The notes under the pieces: generated by a model | Databases searched by the model: none | The model's input: only the letters and a program-made list of their open reading frames with translations | Told to the model about the DNA's origin: nothing | Assembly: GCA_963804995.1 (NCBI GenBank) | Contig: CAWDSK010000005.1 | Location: forward strand, 800,001-864,000 | Direction: 5' to 3' | Source: an uncultured Acidobacteriota bacterium | GTDB lineage: Bacteria > Acidobacteriota > Terriglobia > UBA7540 | Length of the DNA: 64,000 bases | Shown here: one piece after another, positions 42,038-52,414 of the stretch | Position numbering within the stretch: the stretch's first letter is position 1 | Layout: each line of letters opens with the position of its first letter | Made by a program: the position numbers and the translations under genes

Positions 42038-43390
42038 ATGGCCAATATGGATCGCAGAGACTTTCTTAAAGCCGGAAGCATTGCCGGTACCTATCTTGCC
42101 GGGTCGACGAAGATGCATTTGATGGCGGCGCCAGAGGCCGAGCCGGCAAAACCCATCGCCGCGAACGACCACATTCAAATCGCCCTGATTGGAGCGGGTG
42201 GGCAAGGCCAGAGTGATACGAAGACGGCAGCGCAAGTTCCGGGCGTCAAGGTGGTGGCGGCGGCCGATTGTTACACCGGGTGTTTGGAACACGCCAAGGA
42301 GTTGTGGGGCAGCGATATTTTCACCACGCGCGACTACAACGAGATCCTGGCGCGGAAGGACATTGACGCGGTCATCATCGGTACGCCTGATCATTGGCAC
42401 ATGCAGGCGGCGGTAGATGCCATGAACGCGGGCAAAGACGTTTACTGCGAAAAGCCCATGATCCATCTCTACTCCGATGGGCCGAAAATCATTGAGACTT
42501 GGCGCAAGACGAACCGGATCATGCAGGTGGGCAGCCAGCGCGTGAGCTCCATCATTTACAAGAAGGCAAAAGAACTGCTTGCCGCGGGGGCCATCGGCAC
42601 GCTCAATATGGTGACGGTCTGGTATGACCGCAATTCCGCGCAAGGCGCGTGGCAATACACGGTTCCCTATGATGCTTCACCCACCACCTGCGACTGGCCA
42701 CGCTGGCTCGGCACGGCGCCCAAGATTCCTTTCAACGCCGAACACTTTTTCCAGTGGCGCAAGTGGCAAGCCTACGGTAGCGGAGTGGCGGGCGATTTGT
42801 TTGTCCACTTGTTCAGCGGTGTGCACTTCATCACGGATACCCATGGCCCGACTCGCGCCCTGGCCACGGGCGGTCTGCGTTTTTGGAAAGACGGCCGGGA
42901 TGTGCCGGATGTGATGATGGCGCTTTATGATTACGAGAAAGGCTTCAACCTCAGCGTGCGCACGAATTTCGTGGATGGCGGCTCGGAAAGCGAAGGGTTC
43001 GTCTTTACGGGTTCAGAAGGCACCATGATCATCGGGGGCGACGGAGTCAGCGTCTCGCGCGTGCCGCGTGAGAAGGAGCCTGGGATTCGCGTCGGCCCGT
43101 TTGCACTGGATATTCAGAAGCGCATGCTGGAAATCTATCACGAGAAGTATCCCGTCACCCATCCCACGGGGGAGCCCCTCATGGGTGAAGAGAAATACGT
43201 CGCTCCCAAGGGTTACAATGACCAGTACGACCATGTGAATAACTGGATTGAGGCCATTCGCACCCGCCAACCCGTGGTGGAAGATCCCGTCTTCGGCTTC
43301 CGCGCCGCCGGCACCGCGCTGCTTAGTAACGTCAGCTACGACAGAGGCAAGGTGGCCCGTTGGGATCCGGATGGAATGAAGTTGCTGTAA
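42038..43390 (+). CDS. Tat-exported Gfo/Idh/MocA oxidoreductase
   Basis: DRRDFL; IGAGGQG; TPDHWH; GKDVYCEKP. Confidence 0.92.
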   Translation: MANMDRRDFLKAGSIAGTYLAGSTKMHLMAAPEAEPAKPIAANDHIQIALIGAGGQGQSDTKTAAQVPGVKVVAAADCYTGCLEHAKELWGSDIFTTRDYNEILARKDIDAVIIGTPDHWHMQAAVDAMNAGKDVYCEKPMIHLYSDGPKIIETWRKTNRIMQVGSQRVSSIIYKKAKELLAAGAIGTLNMVTVWYDRNSAQGAWQYTVPYDASPTTCDWPRWLGTAPKIPFNAEHFFQWRKWQAYGSGVAGDLFVHLFSGVHFITDTHGPTRALATGGLRFWKDGRDVPDVMMALYDYEKGFNLSVRTNFVDGGSESEGFVFTGSEGTMIIGGDGVSVSRVPREKEPGIRVGPFALDIQKRMLEIYHEKYPVTHPTGEPLMGEEKYVAPKGYNDQYDHVNNWIEAIRTRQPVVEDPVFGFRAAGTALLSNVSYDRGKVARWDPDGMKLL

Positions 43391-43431
43391 TCTTGAATTC
43401 GGAATCTTGAATTAATGATTTCCCGAGGGAC

Positions 43432-43701
43432 GGTACCCAGGGTCAATTCGGTCGCCGCGGCGACAATTGACCGTGGGTTTGTGAATAAAGGGAAAAAGCC
43501 CACGGTCAGAAAATCGCTGACCGTGGCTACCCGTTCTGCGTAAGCCGATGGGGGCACCACTCCTTGAGTAACTGCCCTCTCCGAGGGGAGAGGGTGGACC
43601 GCCGCCGGCGTATTCATCGGCCGGGGCGGGACGGGTGAGGGGTGGGTCCGTGAAATCTGGTGAAAGAGCCCACGGTCAGAAAATCGCTGACCGTGGCTAC
43701 C
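43432..43701. repeat. CCACGGTCA..TGACCGTGG REP doublet plus an exact duplicate, with a GCCCTCTCC-family repeat (43574-43643) between them
   Basis: GCCCACGGTCAGAAAATCGCTGACCGTGGCTACCCG occurs twice (43498, 43668). Confidence 0.85.
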
Positions 43702-43738
43702 CGCTACCCGTTTTTCTTCTCCCAGGAGGTGCTTCGCC

Positions 43739-44674
43739 ATGAACTTCATCTCGAAACCGAATCGGCGCGAATTCCTGGGAACTCTCGGGGCCTTGGCGCT
43801 CGCTCCCTCCGGCGCTGCCGCAGCGAAGGCCGAACCTATCCTCAACCTGCACCAGCACACCAACTACTTTGGCACGACGCGGCGGCGCACCGACCAGGAG
43901 CTGATTGCCCACCAGGCCTACCACGGCGTGACCACTACAGTCCTGCAGGCGGGGGAAGGTTGGATGCTGGAGGAGCTGGGGAACAATGCGAGTTGTGAGG
44001 CTCTCGAAGCGGAATACCCGGACAGATTTCTGCGCTTTGCCTGTGCCGATCCGGCGCAATCGATCGCGATTGATGTTTTGCGGGGAAACGTCCAGCGCGG
44101 CGCCATCGGGTTTGGCGAGCTGAAGTTTCCTGTGGCTGTCGACTCACCGGAGATGCACCGCATCTACAAGCTGGCCGAAGAGTTGGGCGTTCCCATGCTA
44201 ATGCATTTCCAGTACGAAACGTACAACAGCGGGCTCGAACGTTTCGAGACGATTCTCAAGGCCTATCCTAAGGTGAATTTCTTCGGGCACGCACAAACTT
44301 GGTGGGGGAATATCAGCGCGGACCTCCGGCAGGTGGATCTTTACCCCAAAGGTCCCGTCAAGCCGGGTGGCCTCACGGACCGCCTGCTGTCTGACTACCC
44401 CAACATGTACGGGGATCTATCCGCCGAATCCGGCCTGAACGCCCTTACCCGGGACCCCGAATTTGCGCGGGGCTTCGTCGAGCGCCACAGCCGAAAACTG
44501 GTTTGGGGAAGCGACTGCGACTGCATGGACGGGAAGGGAAACGACCATGACAGCGGGTACTGTATCGCGGGCCACTCTCTGGCCGCACTGCGCAAGCTCG
44601 TCCCAAACGATGCTGCCTTTCGCAGGATCGTGTACGACAACGGCGCGGCCCTGCTGCGCCTCGGCAACAAATAG
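43739..44674 (+). CDS. Tat-exported amidohydrolase (Amidohydro_2-like)
   Basis: NRREFL; NLHQH; GFGELK; MH; GH; WGSD. Confidence 0.85.
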   Translation: MNFISKPNRREFLGTLGALALAPSGAAAAKAEPILNLHQHTNYFGTTRRRTDQELIAHQAYHGVTTTVLQAGEGWMLEELGNNASCEALEAEYPDRFLRFACADPAQSIAIDVLRGNVQRGAIGFGELKFPVAVDSPEMHRIYKLAEELGVPMLMHFQYETYNSGLERFETILKAYPKVNFFGHAQTWWGNISADLRQVDLYPKGPVKPGGLTDRLLSDYPNMYGDLSAESGLNALTRDPEFARGFVERHSRKLVWGSDCDCMDGKGNDHDSGYCIAGHSLAALRKLVPNDAAFRRIVYDNGAALLRLGNK

Positions 44675-44831
44675 CACCCTCCAGAATGTCCTGATCATTT
44701 ACCCGGGAGCATACTGCGCCGCGAGGCTGGCGCGATAAACCGCGGACCTTCAGGAAAGGTCCGCGCTACGTTTCCTTTTGGACGTTTGCGGGTGATCGTG
44801 TGGCCCGAAGCAGTGGCGTGATGCCCCGAGT

Positions 44832-44920
44832 GGTACCCACGGTCAATTCACATTTGGAATTGACCGTGGGTTCGTAAATTCAGGGAAAAGGCGCAGGGTC
44901 AGATAAACTCTGACCGTGGC
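44832..44920. repeat. CCACGGTCA..TGACCGTGG REP doublet (REPIN-like)
   Basis: GGTACCCACGGTCAATT..AATTGACCGTGG plus a second palindrome. Confidence 0.8.
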
Positions 44921-44923
44921 CGC

Positions 44924-46847
44924 TCAGTTGATTGTGATTGTCACTGCATCCTGCTTCATCGGATCGGCGGTACTGGTGGCTGTAAGGGTTACAGTGTTCG
45001 GATTAGGCTTAGCGGCAGGAGGGGTGTACGTAACACCAGTTGGGGTGATTCCCGTTAGCGTGCCGCAAGTTAATCCCGCGCAACCTGAGCCGGAAAGTGA
45101 CCAAGTCACACCGACGCCCGTCGGGTCATTCTGCACCGTGGCGGTAAAGGCAGTCGCGGCGCCAGCATGCGTCGACACTGGCGCGGGATTCGGTGTGATT
45201 GCAACTGAAATGGGAAGTCTGGTGATCGTGATTGTGGCAGTACCGGATTTCGTGTTGTCGGCCTTAGAAGTGGCAGTGAGTGTGACTGTGTTGTTGGGAA
45301 GGGGCTGCGCATTCGGCGCAGTGTAAGTCACGGTCGTGGTTGTCTGATTGGTCAAAGTGCCGCAGGTAGCAGCCTGGCAATTGGCACCCGAAAGCGCCCA
45401 AGTAACTCCGGCACTGTTCTGGTCATTTGTGACAGCAGCCGTGAACTGCTGGGTAGTTGGCGCGGCAGCCGTACTGAGGGCCAGTGACACGTTTGAGGGG
45501 GTGACGGACACGGCACCTGCGGATGGGCCGGAAGCGTTGCTCTGAACTTGAACTCGTTGCAGGTATTCGATCGTCTGGCCGACGATGACCACGCTTCCGA
45601 GAGCCAACTTCACGAGCATGGGGTCTTGCTTACCCTTCAGAAGTCGCGGGCGTTTCGAGTTATTAACCGATACCTCCGTTTCATTGGCCAACTCTTTCAG
45701 CACGGCGGCTTTCGTCTGACCTTCCGTCCCGGCTATTTGTGTCGGGTCGGCCGCTGCGTTGGACAGTTGAATCTTCAGGTTTAGCAGAGACGTGGTCAGC
45801 GCCTGTTTCTCGACAAAGACGATGGTTTGGATTTGAGCATTGTTCGGGATCACGATGTTGTCGCGAAAGCTTTGATCGTCCAGATTATTCAGTTGGGACA
45901 GGATAGGATCCGGAGAGATAATATTGAAGGCTTGTAGCAATGGACCGCTCACGATGGATGCGAATGTGGCGAAATGGGTTTTTGCATTGGGCCGTACAAA
46001 GAATGGGATCGCTCCAGCCATAATGAGGCCTGCCCCCTCGAGCGAATGATATAGAACATTGCGAGGGTTCCACATCTCCTGATGAAGCAGGATAGCCCGA
46101 GTGGAACCGTAACTGCTGTTCGCTAACGTTACATACGGCCCGCCGAGGGCAACGAGATCTTTCAGTCGATTCGTAAAACCGATACCCGCAAGTTGAAGGG
46201 GATGGCCAGCATTGTTTCCTATCTTTAATTGGATACAATACAAACTCGAAGCCACTCGGGTTCCAAAGATGTTCCGCGCAATTATTATCGCTCATTACTT
46301 CCCACATGACGTCCACCTCAGGCGGAAGTCCGGGCGGGATGGCTCCTGCGGACGTGTCCATCACGGTGAGCTCAGTGGCGGCGACTGGTGCGCCGCTGCC
46401 GTTGAGAAGGATAACGGGATGGGGTCCGGGAGGCGTGTTGGGGTCAATCGTGATGTTAGCTGTAATGATGCACTTGTCTGGTTTCTGTTGCGTGATGGAG
46501 AGCCCACTGCCAGTCACCATGAGCGTATAGCTCGGACTGAGGGAAACCCCTTTTGAACTATCACAGTCCCCTTCAAAGACTGCCAGATTCGTTGAAGTGG
46601 GTAGCTTACCACCCATCGGCTGAATTACTCTCTGGCTCGCCGTGATCGAAATTGTCGGGTTGGCTGGCACTTCAGCAGGAGGAACTACCGCCGGACTAGC
46701 AGCGAGTGCAGCTCCGGGAACCGCGGCGGCAGCGGCCGCAGGGGGCTGAGTCTGGGCTTGTGCAGTTTGGGCTGGTAGGGTGAACGGAAGAAAGGTAAGC
46801 AGAATGAATCCACAAATATGGCGGAACAAGCTGAGCTTTAGTTGCAT
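44924..46847 (-). CDS. Secreted protein with two C-terminal Ig-like repeats, +1 frameshift near 46277
   Basis: Signal peptide from 46847; FTAxVxND..GVTWxLSG..C...TCGTL...VTYT.P repeated twice. Confidence 0.7.
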
Positions 46848-46935
46848 GGGGGTGCACTCTCCTCTCTTTGTTACCTTACTGTCATCTACTTGAGGCAAAA
46901 TTTGTACAACCCAGCGAGATCTTCTCTTGACAGCC

Positions 46936-47017
46936 GCCACGGCCAGCGACTGCCTGACCGTGGCTTTATGGTTAAGGGGATAGGGCCATGATCAACGGAT
47001 TTTGATTGACCGTGGCT
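46936..47017. repeat. Degenerate CCACGGTCA..TGACCGTGG REP doublet
   Basis: Two TGACCGTGGC-ending palindromes. Confidence 0.7.
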
Positions 47018-47240
47018 AAACCAATCTCTTTCGCTACCTACGCTGGTTGGCGCAGACCCTTGCGGGTGTGCGATTCCCTTTAAGAGCAATGCTCCCGCGC
47101 AGGCCAAACGGTCTGGGCTGGAACATTGGTTTGCCGTGTAATTAACCCGGGGGTCTTGCCCTAGTGAAATAGGCGCAGGGCGTCTCTATTCGGTACAGCA
47201 ATTAGTTGTGGTGGCGACTAAAACGTGGCCGAACGCGGCT

Positions 47241-47269
47241 ATTAAACATACAGCCAATGCGCTTGTCAA
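47241..47269 (-). promoter_or_regulatory. Candidate sigma-70 promoter facing the Ig-like gene
   Basis: TTGACA-N17-TTTAAT in an AT-rich stretch. Confidence 0.35.
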
Positions 47270-47367
47270 CACCTTTTTTCAGTTGGTATCTTGATGATTC
47301 CTTTACGTTATAATTCGATATACATATCGACATAAAGCAAGTAAAAACTAGGCATCAGGCAACGGAG

Positions 47368-47478
47368 AACAGAAGGCAGTAGGCAGAAGGCGGTAAGCAG
47401 TAGGCAGAAAGCAGAAGGCAGAAGGCAGAAAGCGGAAGGCAGAAAGCGGAAGGCGGGAGGCAGAAAGTCAAAGGCGGA
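47368..47478 (+). repeat. About 15 heptamer tandem repeats (GCrGwAr)
   Basis: Read directly; a loosely complementary TTTTGCC array lies at 47714-47740. Confidence 0.9.
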
Positions 47479-48228
47479 AAATCAATAACATCTACTCGTT
47501 TTGGCGCCTTAGGCCGGAGGGGACGATTGAGTGGTTCGCCCTTTTGGGACTCATGGTAGCGCAGGGCCTGCACTCCGGCCCCTTCGTTTCCCTCAGGGCA
47601 GGCTCTGCGGCTCTTCCATCGCGCCGTGCTTTGGGCGGCGCGGCGACAGAGGGGGCCGGGGTGAGGGAGGGCCAAGGTCGAGCGGAGGAGCACCGTGAGC
47701 AAGGACTTCTTACTTTTGCCTTTTGCACTTTGCCTTGCCCTTGCGGCCCCGCTGTCCTGCGCTACTTACCCCCCCGCGCGGCTCTTCGCCCCAGACAAGT
47801 TCTCGGACAATGGGCCGCTGGCCTTGCATTTTGGGGCTACCGGTAGCCCGAAAGTGATTTTTGCCTATTGACATCGGCCTATAATAAATGTCACAATAAA
47901 GCTTACTTAGCGGGCGGTGCTGCAGTACGGAATTCTTTTTGCCCGCAGTGGATCTTTCTCATGTCTCTAATAGAGCGGCACAAGTTGAGTCCGGCTGAAC
48001 TGGCGCCGTTACCTGCGTATCATACCCGCGGCCTGCTTAGCGCGAGCGACCGGGGGTTCAACCAAGATCAAGTTGGAACGGCGCTGGCTAGGAGTTGGGC
48101 AACCGCAGGGCCGCCCTCCAAGGCCCAGGCGAAATGCCTGACTTTTGCCCAGTTACAGATTGTCAATTTGTCCGCGAAAATGGGGCCGGGATGCACAATT
48201 CAGAAAAACATCAAAATGACGATTGCTC

Positions 48229-48470
48229 CCAATAACATAATGAAAACAAAGGGTCGTAAAACGACACAATGTTGTCTACCCAATAACTTATGCAAAACAA
48301 AAGGTTTATCGAATATGCCAATAACTTACTGAAAATGCTTTAGATAGCCTAATTAAATGGTCCCCAGATCACCCAAAAGCCGCACAAACCCCCACTAGGC
48401 CAATAACTTAAAGAAAATAAACAACTTGAGATCTGCATCTCCAGGCGATGCCAATAACTTTCTGAAAAGG
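48229..48470 (+). repeat. Five AT-rich direct repeats CCAATAACwTwnnsAAAA
   Basis: Starts at 48229, 48280, 48318, 48400 and 48451. Confidence 0.85.
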
Positions 48471-48587
48471 CGGGAGATATTAGCAGGAATAAAATGTCCA
48501 TCCCTCGGGCCCGAGAAACCTTAGCCCAAGGCGCAACGATCGGTACGTTACAGGGAGTTCGCCGCATAGTCACCTCCACCGATTTAA

Positions 48588-49097
48588 CCCGCCCGTGACG
48601 CACTTCCCCACATCGGTTATCGGTAGGTTGGCATCCGAACATGAGCCCCCAAAGCGACTTGGAGTTGGGCAATCGCCAGATCGCGAGACCACTCAATGAC
48701 TCAATGGTCCGATGATGCAATCACCCGATGGCCGGCGCCGGCCGCGATACATTCCCCCATATCGGTTATCGGCGGGTTGCCGTCCGATCATGAGCCCACG
48801 AACCTCGGTCCCGTCGGGAGCGAGTGGTACCCGACAGGCAGGCGGGGGCCAAGCGGCGCATGACAGGCGGGCGCGACCAAGCGCCGGTGACAAGCAGGCG
48901 GAGTCACACGCCGCCCAGCTAACCAACCCCGGCCGCGACACTCCCCCGCGCTGACAGCTCACAGACGACAGCTAACAGTTACTTCCCGACCCCGAGCCCC
49001 TAACTCCCAATCCCTAACGCCTAACCCCGATCCTCCCGCCCCGGCCGCGACACACTCCCCCACATCGGTTATCGACGGAACGGGTCCTCGCCTTGAG
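48588..49097 (-). promoter_or_regulatory. Cluster of three complete and one partial sigma-28-like promoter repeat units
   Basis: CTCATG-N15-ACCGATAA (48645..48617), CTCATG-N15-GCCGATAA (48794..48766), CTCAAG-N15-GTCGATAA (49097..49069); partial unit at 48928-48947. Confidence 0.65.
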
Positions 49098-49265
49098 ATT
49101 AGATTGCAGAGAGGGTCACTTCAGCGGAAAGCGCCGACCCGAGTCTTTGGTTTTGTGGACTTGACGAACGATGGGTGATGACGGGTTCCTTACAAGGACT
49201 ACGGTCCACGGCAGGCAGAAGGCGGAAGCTGAACTTTGAAAGCCAACAGCCAGCCGCCGTTTTTC

Positions 49266-49979
49266 TCAATTCATCTTGACGTGCTTGGCGCCTTCGGCAG
49301 CATTCAATTCGAACTTAGAGCCAGGCAAGTCGCGATTCACTCTCACACCGGTATAGCGTGCGAGGATGTAGTCGCCATCGCTTTCGTAGAATTTCTGCTG
49401 CGTGGGCAGCCAGGATTCTTCGCTGATCCAGATCTCGATTTTGACGAGTTGGGTCGCGACGTTTTCCTTGCGAGGTGAGAGCTCCAGCAGCACGGTCGTG
49501 TCGCCATCCAGATCTTCTTCCTTGACATACTTGATGTTGTAGTTTTTCTTCAATTCGCCGGTATCCGACCCGAAGCCCAGGAGCAGGAACTGCTGCACCA
49601 GGTCTGTCTTCTGTCCCAGGTCGTATTCCTGAACCTGGTTAATTTTTGGAAGGTAAATCTCCGCCTTGTTCTTCTTAAAGAGAATGATCTTGCGGTCGGG
49701 CTTTTCGAATTCAAGCCGAATCTCCGTACTCTTACCTTTGCGGAAGAGGAGTTGGCCAGTCTCTGTGGACTTGTCATTCACCAGCACGGTGACTTTTGTG
49801 TAATCGAGATTGGCGGTAAGAGTATGCAGGTCCTTGGACGCCTTATTCATCTGGGTGAGGATCTCTGAGAGGTCGGCCGGCACTTTGCCCTTACGAGCCA
49901 TGCCCGGCTGCCCCACCATGAGAGTGAATACGACTGCGGCAAGCAGAGCCCGCAGGCACGAATTGAGGAAATTTCGCAT
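49266..49979 (-). CDS. LolA-like periplasmic lipoprotein carrier protein
   Basis: Signal peptide; TLTANL..T, G.LLF.K, RLEF.KP, IYLP.INQV, LELSP, IWI...WLP, F-terminal pattern. Confidence 0.7.
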   Translation of the reverse strand: MRNFLNSCLRALLAAVVFTLMVGQPGMARKGKVPADLSEILTQMNKASKDLHTLTANLDYTKVTVLVNDKSTETGQLLFRKGKSTEIRLEFEKPDRKIILFKKNKAEIYLPKINQVQEYDLGQKTDLVQQFLLLGFGSDTGELKKNYNIKYVKEEDLDGDTTVLLELSPRKENVATQLVKIEIWISEESWLPTQQKFYESDGDYILARYTGVRVNRDLPGSKFELNAAEGAKHVKMN

Positions 49980-50040
49980 AAGGTCACAAACCTTGTTCAG
50001 GGCTGACGGGCAGGGCACAAGGCCCCGGCGAACGCCTGAG

Positions 50041-50499
50041 TTACTGCTCCACCACCACAGTGTAACCGAGAATGACCTGGTTGCGATCCCGGACGGCATC
50101 TATGGATTTCAGGGTGAAGGGGTTTTGCAGGTGCTGCCTTAGGATGATGGGTATGGCGTCCTCGGGTTTCTGATCGAGGGACTCCACCAACCGGGCGTCC
50201 AACAGATAACGTACGGTTTTATTGACGCGGCCCATTTCAACGATGCCCTGCTGATGGCGCAGATCGGTCAACTGCAAAGTTGGTCGGTCATTGAACCAGG
50301 CTCGAGGGGACAGGAAGATGAATGCCAGGATGGCAGCGACAATCAGATCGTACTGCCAACTGCCGCGCTCATAAGCCCAGAAGATGCTCCGAGTTACCAC
50401 GAGCCTGATACCGGATCCGATCTTTCCCATGGTCGTAGCACCCGAGGAGGGCGGAGCGTGGGGAAGAGCGCGGTCGTGGAAATCCGTGGTTTGCGTCAT
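50041..50499 (-). CDS. Hypothetical single-TM membrane protein
   Basis: FWAYERGSWQYDL..ILAFIFLSPR.WFNDRP; lies within the operon; start uncertain. Confidence 0.7.
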   Translation of the reverse strand: MTQTTDFHDRALPHAPPSSGATTMGKIGSGIRLVVTRSIFWAYERGSWQYDLIVAAILAFIFLSPRAWFNDRPTLQLTDLRHQQGIVEMGRVNKTVRYLLDARLVESLDQKPEDAIPIILRQHLQNPFTLKSIDAVRDRNQVILGYTVVVEQ

Positions 50500-50540
50500 A
50501 GCAGGTGACCTGAAGAAAATAGCTAGAAACGCGGCAAGAA

Positions 50541-51212
50541 TCAATCCGAAATAATTCGGCCATCCCGCATGCGGATGATACGGTCGGCGACGGCGGCGGC
50601 TTCAGGGTTATGCGTGATCATCAGGACGGTCTGCCGGAAGGTCCGGTTGAGCTCGCGCAGCATGTCCAGCACCTTTTGGGAATTCTCCGTGTCCAGATTT
50701 CCCGTGGGCTCATCGGCGAGCAGGATTTTAGGATCGCAAACCACGGCGCGCGCAATGGCCACGCGCTGCTGCTCGCCACCGGAAAGCGCAAAGGGGCGGT
50801 GCTCAAGCTTGTCCTGAATGCCCAGAAGGCTGGTGACGATTTGGAAGCGGTGCGGGTTGAACCCGTTCCCTTGAATGTGCTGGGCGATGGCGATATTGTC
50901 CCGCGCCGAAAGCGTGGGGAGCAGGTTGAAGCGCTGGAAGACAAACCCGATTTTGTGGCGGCGGAAGCGCGTGCGGTCAGCGTCTGACATATCGGAGAAG
51001 TCATTGCCGTCCACCAGGACATGGCCTGAGGTGGGCCCCGTCAGGCCACCCAGCACGTGCAACAGGGTGGACTTCCCGCATCCCGAGGGTCCGACTACGG
51101 CCACAAATTCGCCGGCCTGCACGATCAAGTCGACACCCCGCAACGCCGGGACGTCTACCTTGCCGACGCGGTATATCTTCTTCAGGTCAAGAGTGGAGAT
51201 GATCGGTTCCAA
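50541..51212 (-). CDS. ABC transporter ATP-binding protein (LolD/MacB type)
   Basis: [35 protein letters not shown]. Confidence 0.95.
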   Translation of the reverse strand: MEPIISTLDLKKIYRVGKVDVPALRGVDLIVQAGEFVAVVGPSGCGKSTLLHVLGGLTGPTSGHVLVDGNDFSDMSDADRTRFRRHKIGFVFQRFNLLPTLSARDNIAIAQHIQGNGFNPHRFQIVTSLLGIQDKLEHRPFALSGGEQQRVAIARAVVCDPKILLADEPTGNLDTENSQKVLDMLRELNRTFRQTVLMITHNPEAAAVADRIIRMRDGRIISD

Positions 51213-51313
51213 ATCAGTTCTTCGTTCTCCCGCGGTGAGCTGTGGCGTTCGGCAAGATCCGCGGGCGCAGGCGTTTCTCTATAGTATGCCAGACGTAGGC
51301 CAGGACGGACAGG

Positions 51314-52414
51314 TTACTCGTAAGCGAGGGCATCGACCGGGTCAAGCTGCGCAGCCCGCAGGGCGGGGTAGAACGCCCCCAGCATACTGCCCACGAGCGC
51401 CAGGCAAGCTGCGTACAACCTCCAATCCCAGGTCATCTGAACCGTCAGCGTGGGAAAGGCCGTCAGGATTGCTTTGCGTGTAATCATCGAACCTATGAAC
51501 CCAGCCAGGATGCCGACTGTCGCTAGCAGCGTGGCCTCTCTCAGGATCAGGGCAATGATATACCCTTTTGAGGCGCCAAGCGACTTTAAGATGCCAATCT
51601 CCCGGGTCCGCTCGGTAATCGTCGTATACATCGAAAGGAAAATGACCAGGAAGCCGATTCCCACCGCAATGGCAATCATGGCGGAAATAAAGTAATTCAA
51701 GCCGGGGAGATTATTCGAGGTCATCAGGGCCATGTACTCTCGAATGGGCAAGACCGAATACTTGGGCAGCAGCTTGCGGATGGCCTCAGCCGTGTTGTCG
51801 CCGTAGGCCGGGTCGGTGCACTTGACGTAGAAGATCGATGCCTTGTCCTGCACACCGTACAGATCCTCGGCGGTGGCCAGGGGAATAAAGAGGCGCGCTC
51901 CTTTGCCGTGCTCGATGATGCCAGCCACGTGGAAATCATGGCTGAGCAGCGTCAGCGTTTCCCCCACCTTGGTGTGATTGGCCTTGGCGTACACGTCGTC
52001 CACCAGGATGTCGTAGGGCGCCTTGAAAGGTCCCCCCTGATGGTAGACAAATCCCCCCGAAACGCGATCGAAGCTCGCCGGATCAATGCCGTAGATGATG
52101 TTGAGCCCCGCGGTGGCGTTCACCACGAACAGCACTGGCGTCACCGCCAGCACGCGTGGCAGCGCCGCCAGCCGTTCCCCGATCTTAATGGGCATGGGGG
52201 CTTGCGAGAGCCCCAACAGGAACGATGCGTTGGGCGGTTGGACCATGATATCCGCGCCCACACCCTCCACGCGCTTGGCGCTTTCGTTCACCAGTCCATG
52301 GCAAAGACCCACGACCAGGATGACCATGCCCACTTCAATGGCCACGGCCAAAACACTCACCGCGGTCCGAATCGGCCGGTGTAGGATGTTCGAAACTATC
52401 ATCCTATTGACCAC
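51314..52414 (-). CDS. MacB/FtsX-type ABC permease
   Basis: TM-periplasmic domain-3TM; ERTREIGILKSLGA; LDPVDALAYE. Confidence 0.92.
   Translation of the reverse strand: MVNRMIVSNILHRPIRTAVSVLAVAIEVGMVILVVGLCHGLVNESAKRVEGVGADIMVQPPNASFLLGLSQAPMPIKIGERLAALPRVLAVTPVLFVVNATAGLNIIYGIDPASFDRVSGGFVYHQGGPFKAPYDILVDDVYAKANHTKVGETLTLLSHDFHVAGIIEHGKGARLFIPLATAEDLYGVQDKASIFYVKCTDPAYGDNTAEAIRKLLPKYSVLPIREYMALMTSNNLPGLNYFISAMIAIAVGIGFLVIFLSMYTTITERTREIGILKSLGASKGYIIALILREATLLATVGILAGFIGSMITRKAILTAFPTLTVQMTWDWRLYAACLALVGSMLGAFYPALRAAQLDPVDALAYE

Noticed and set aside
47355..47702. 115-aa ORF with [14 protein letters not shown] repeats
   Set aside because: Simply the translation of the heptamer tandem repeat
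47868..47897. TTGACA and TATAAT as a sigma-70 promoter
   Set aside because: Only 6 bp apart; the alternative -10 (CACAAT at 18 bp) is weak and has no clear downstream gene
47868..48332. 154-aa ORF containing PNNxxKTKG repeats
   Set aside because: TTG start without RBS; the DNA repeats continue out of frame past the stop, so treated as a DNA motif
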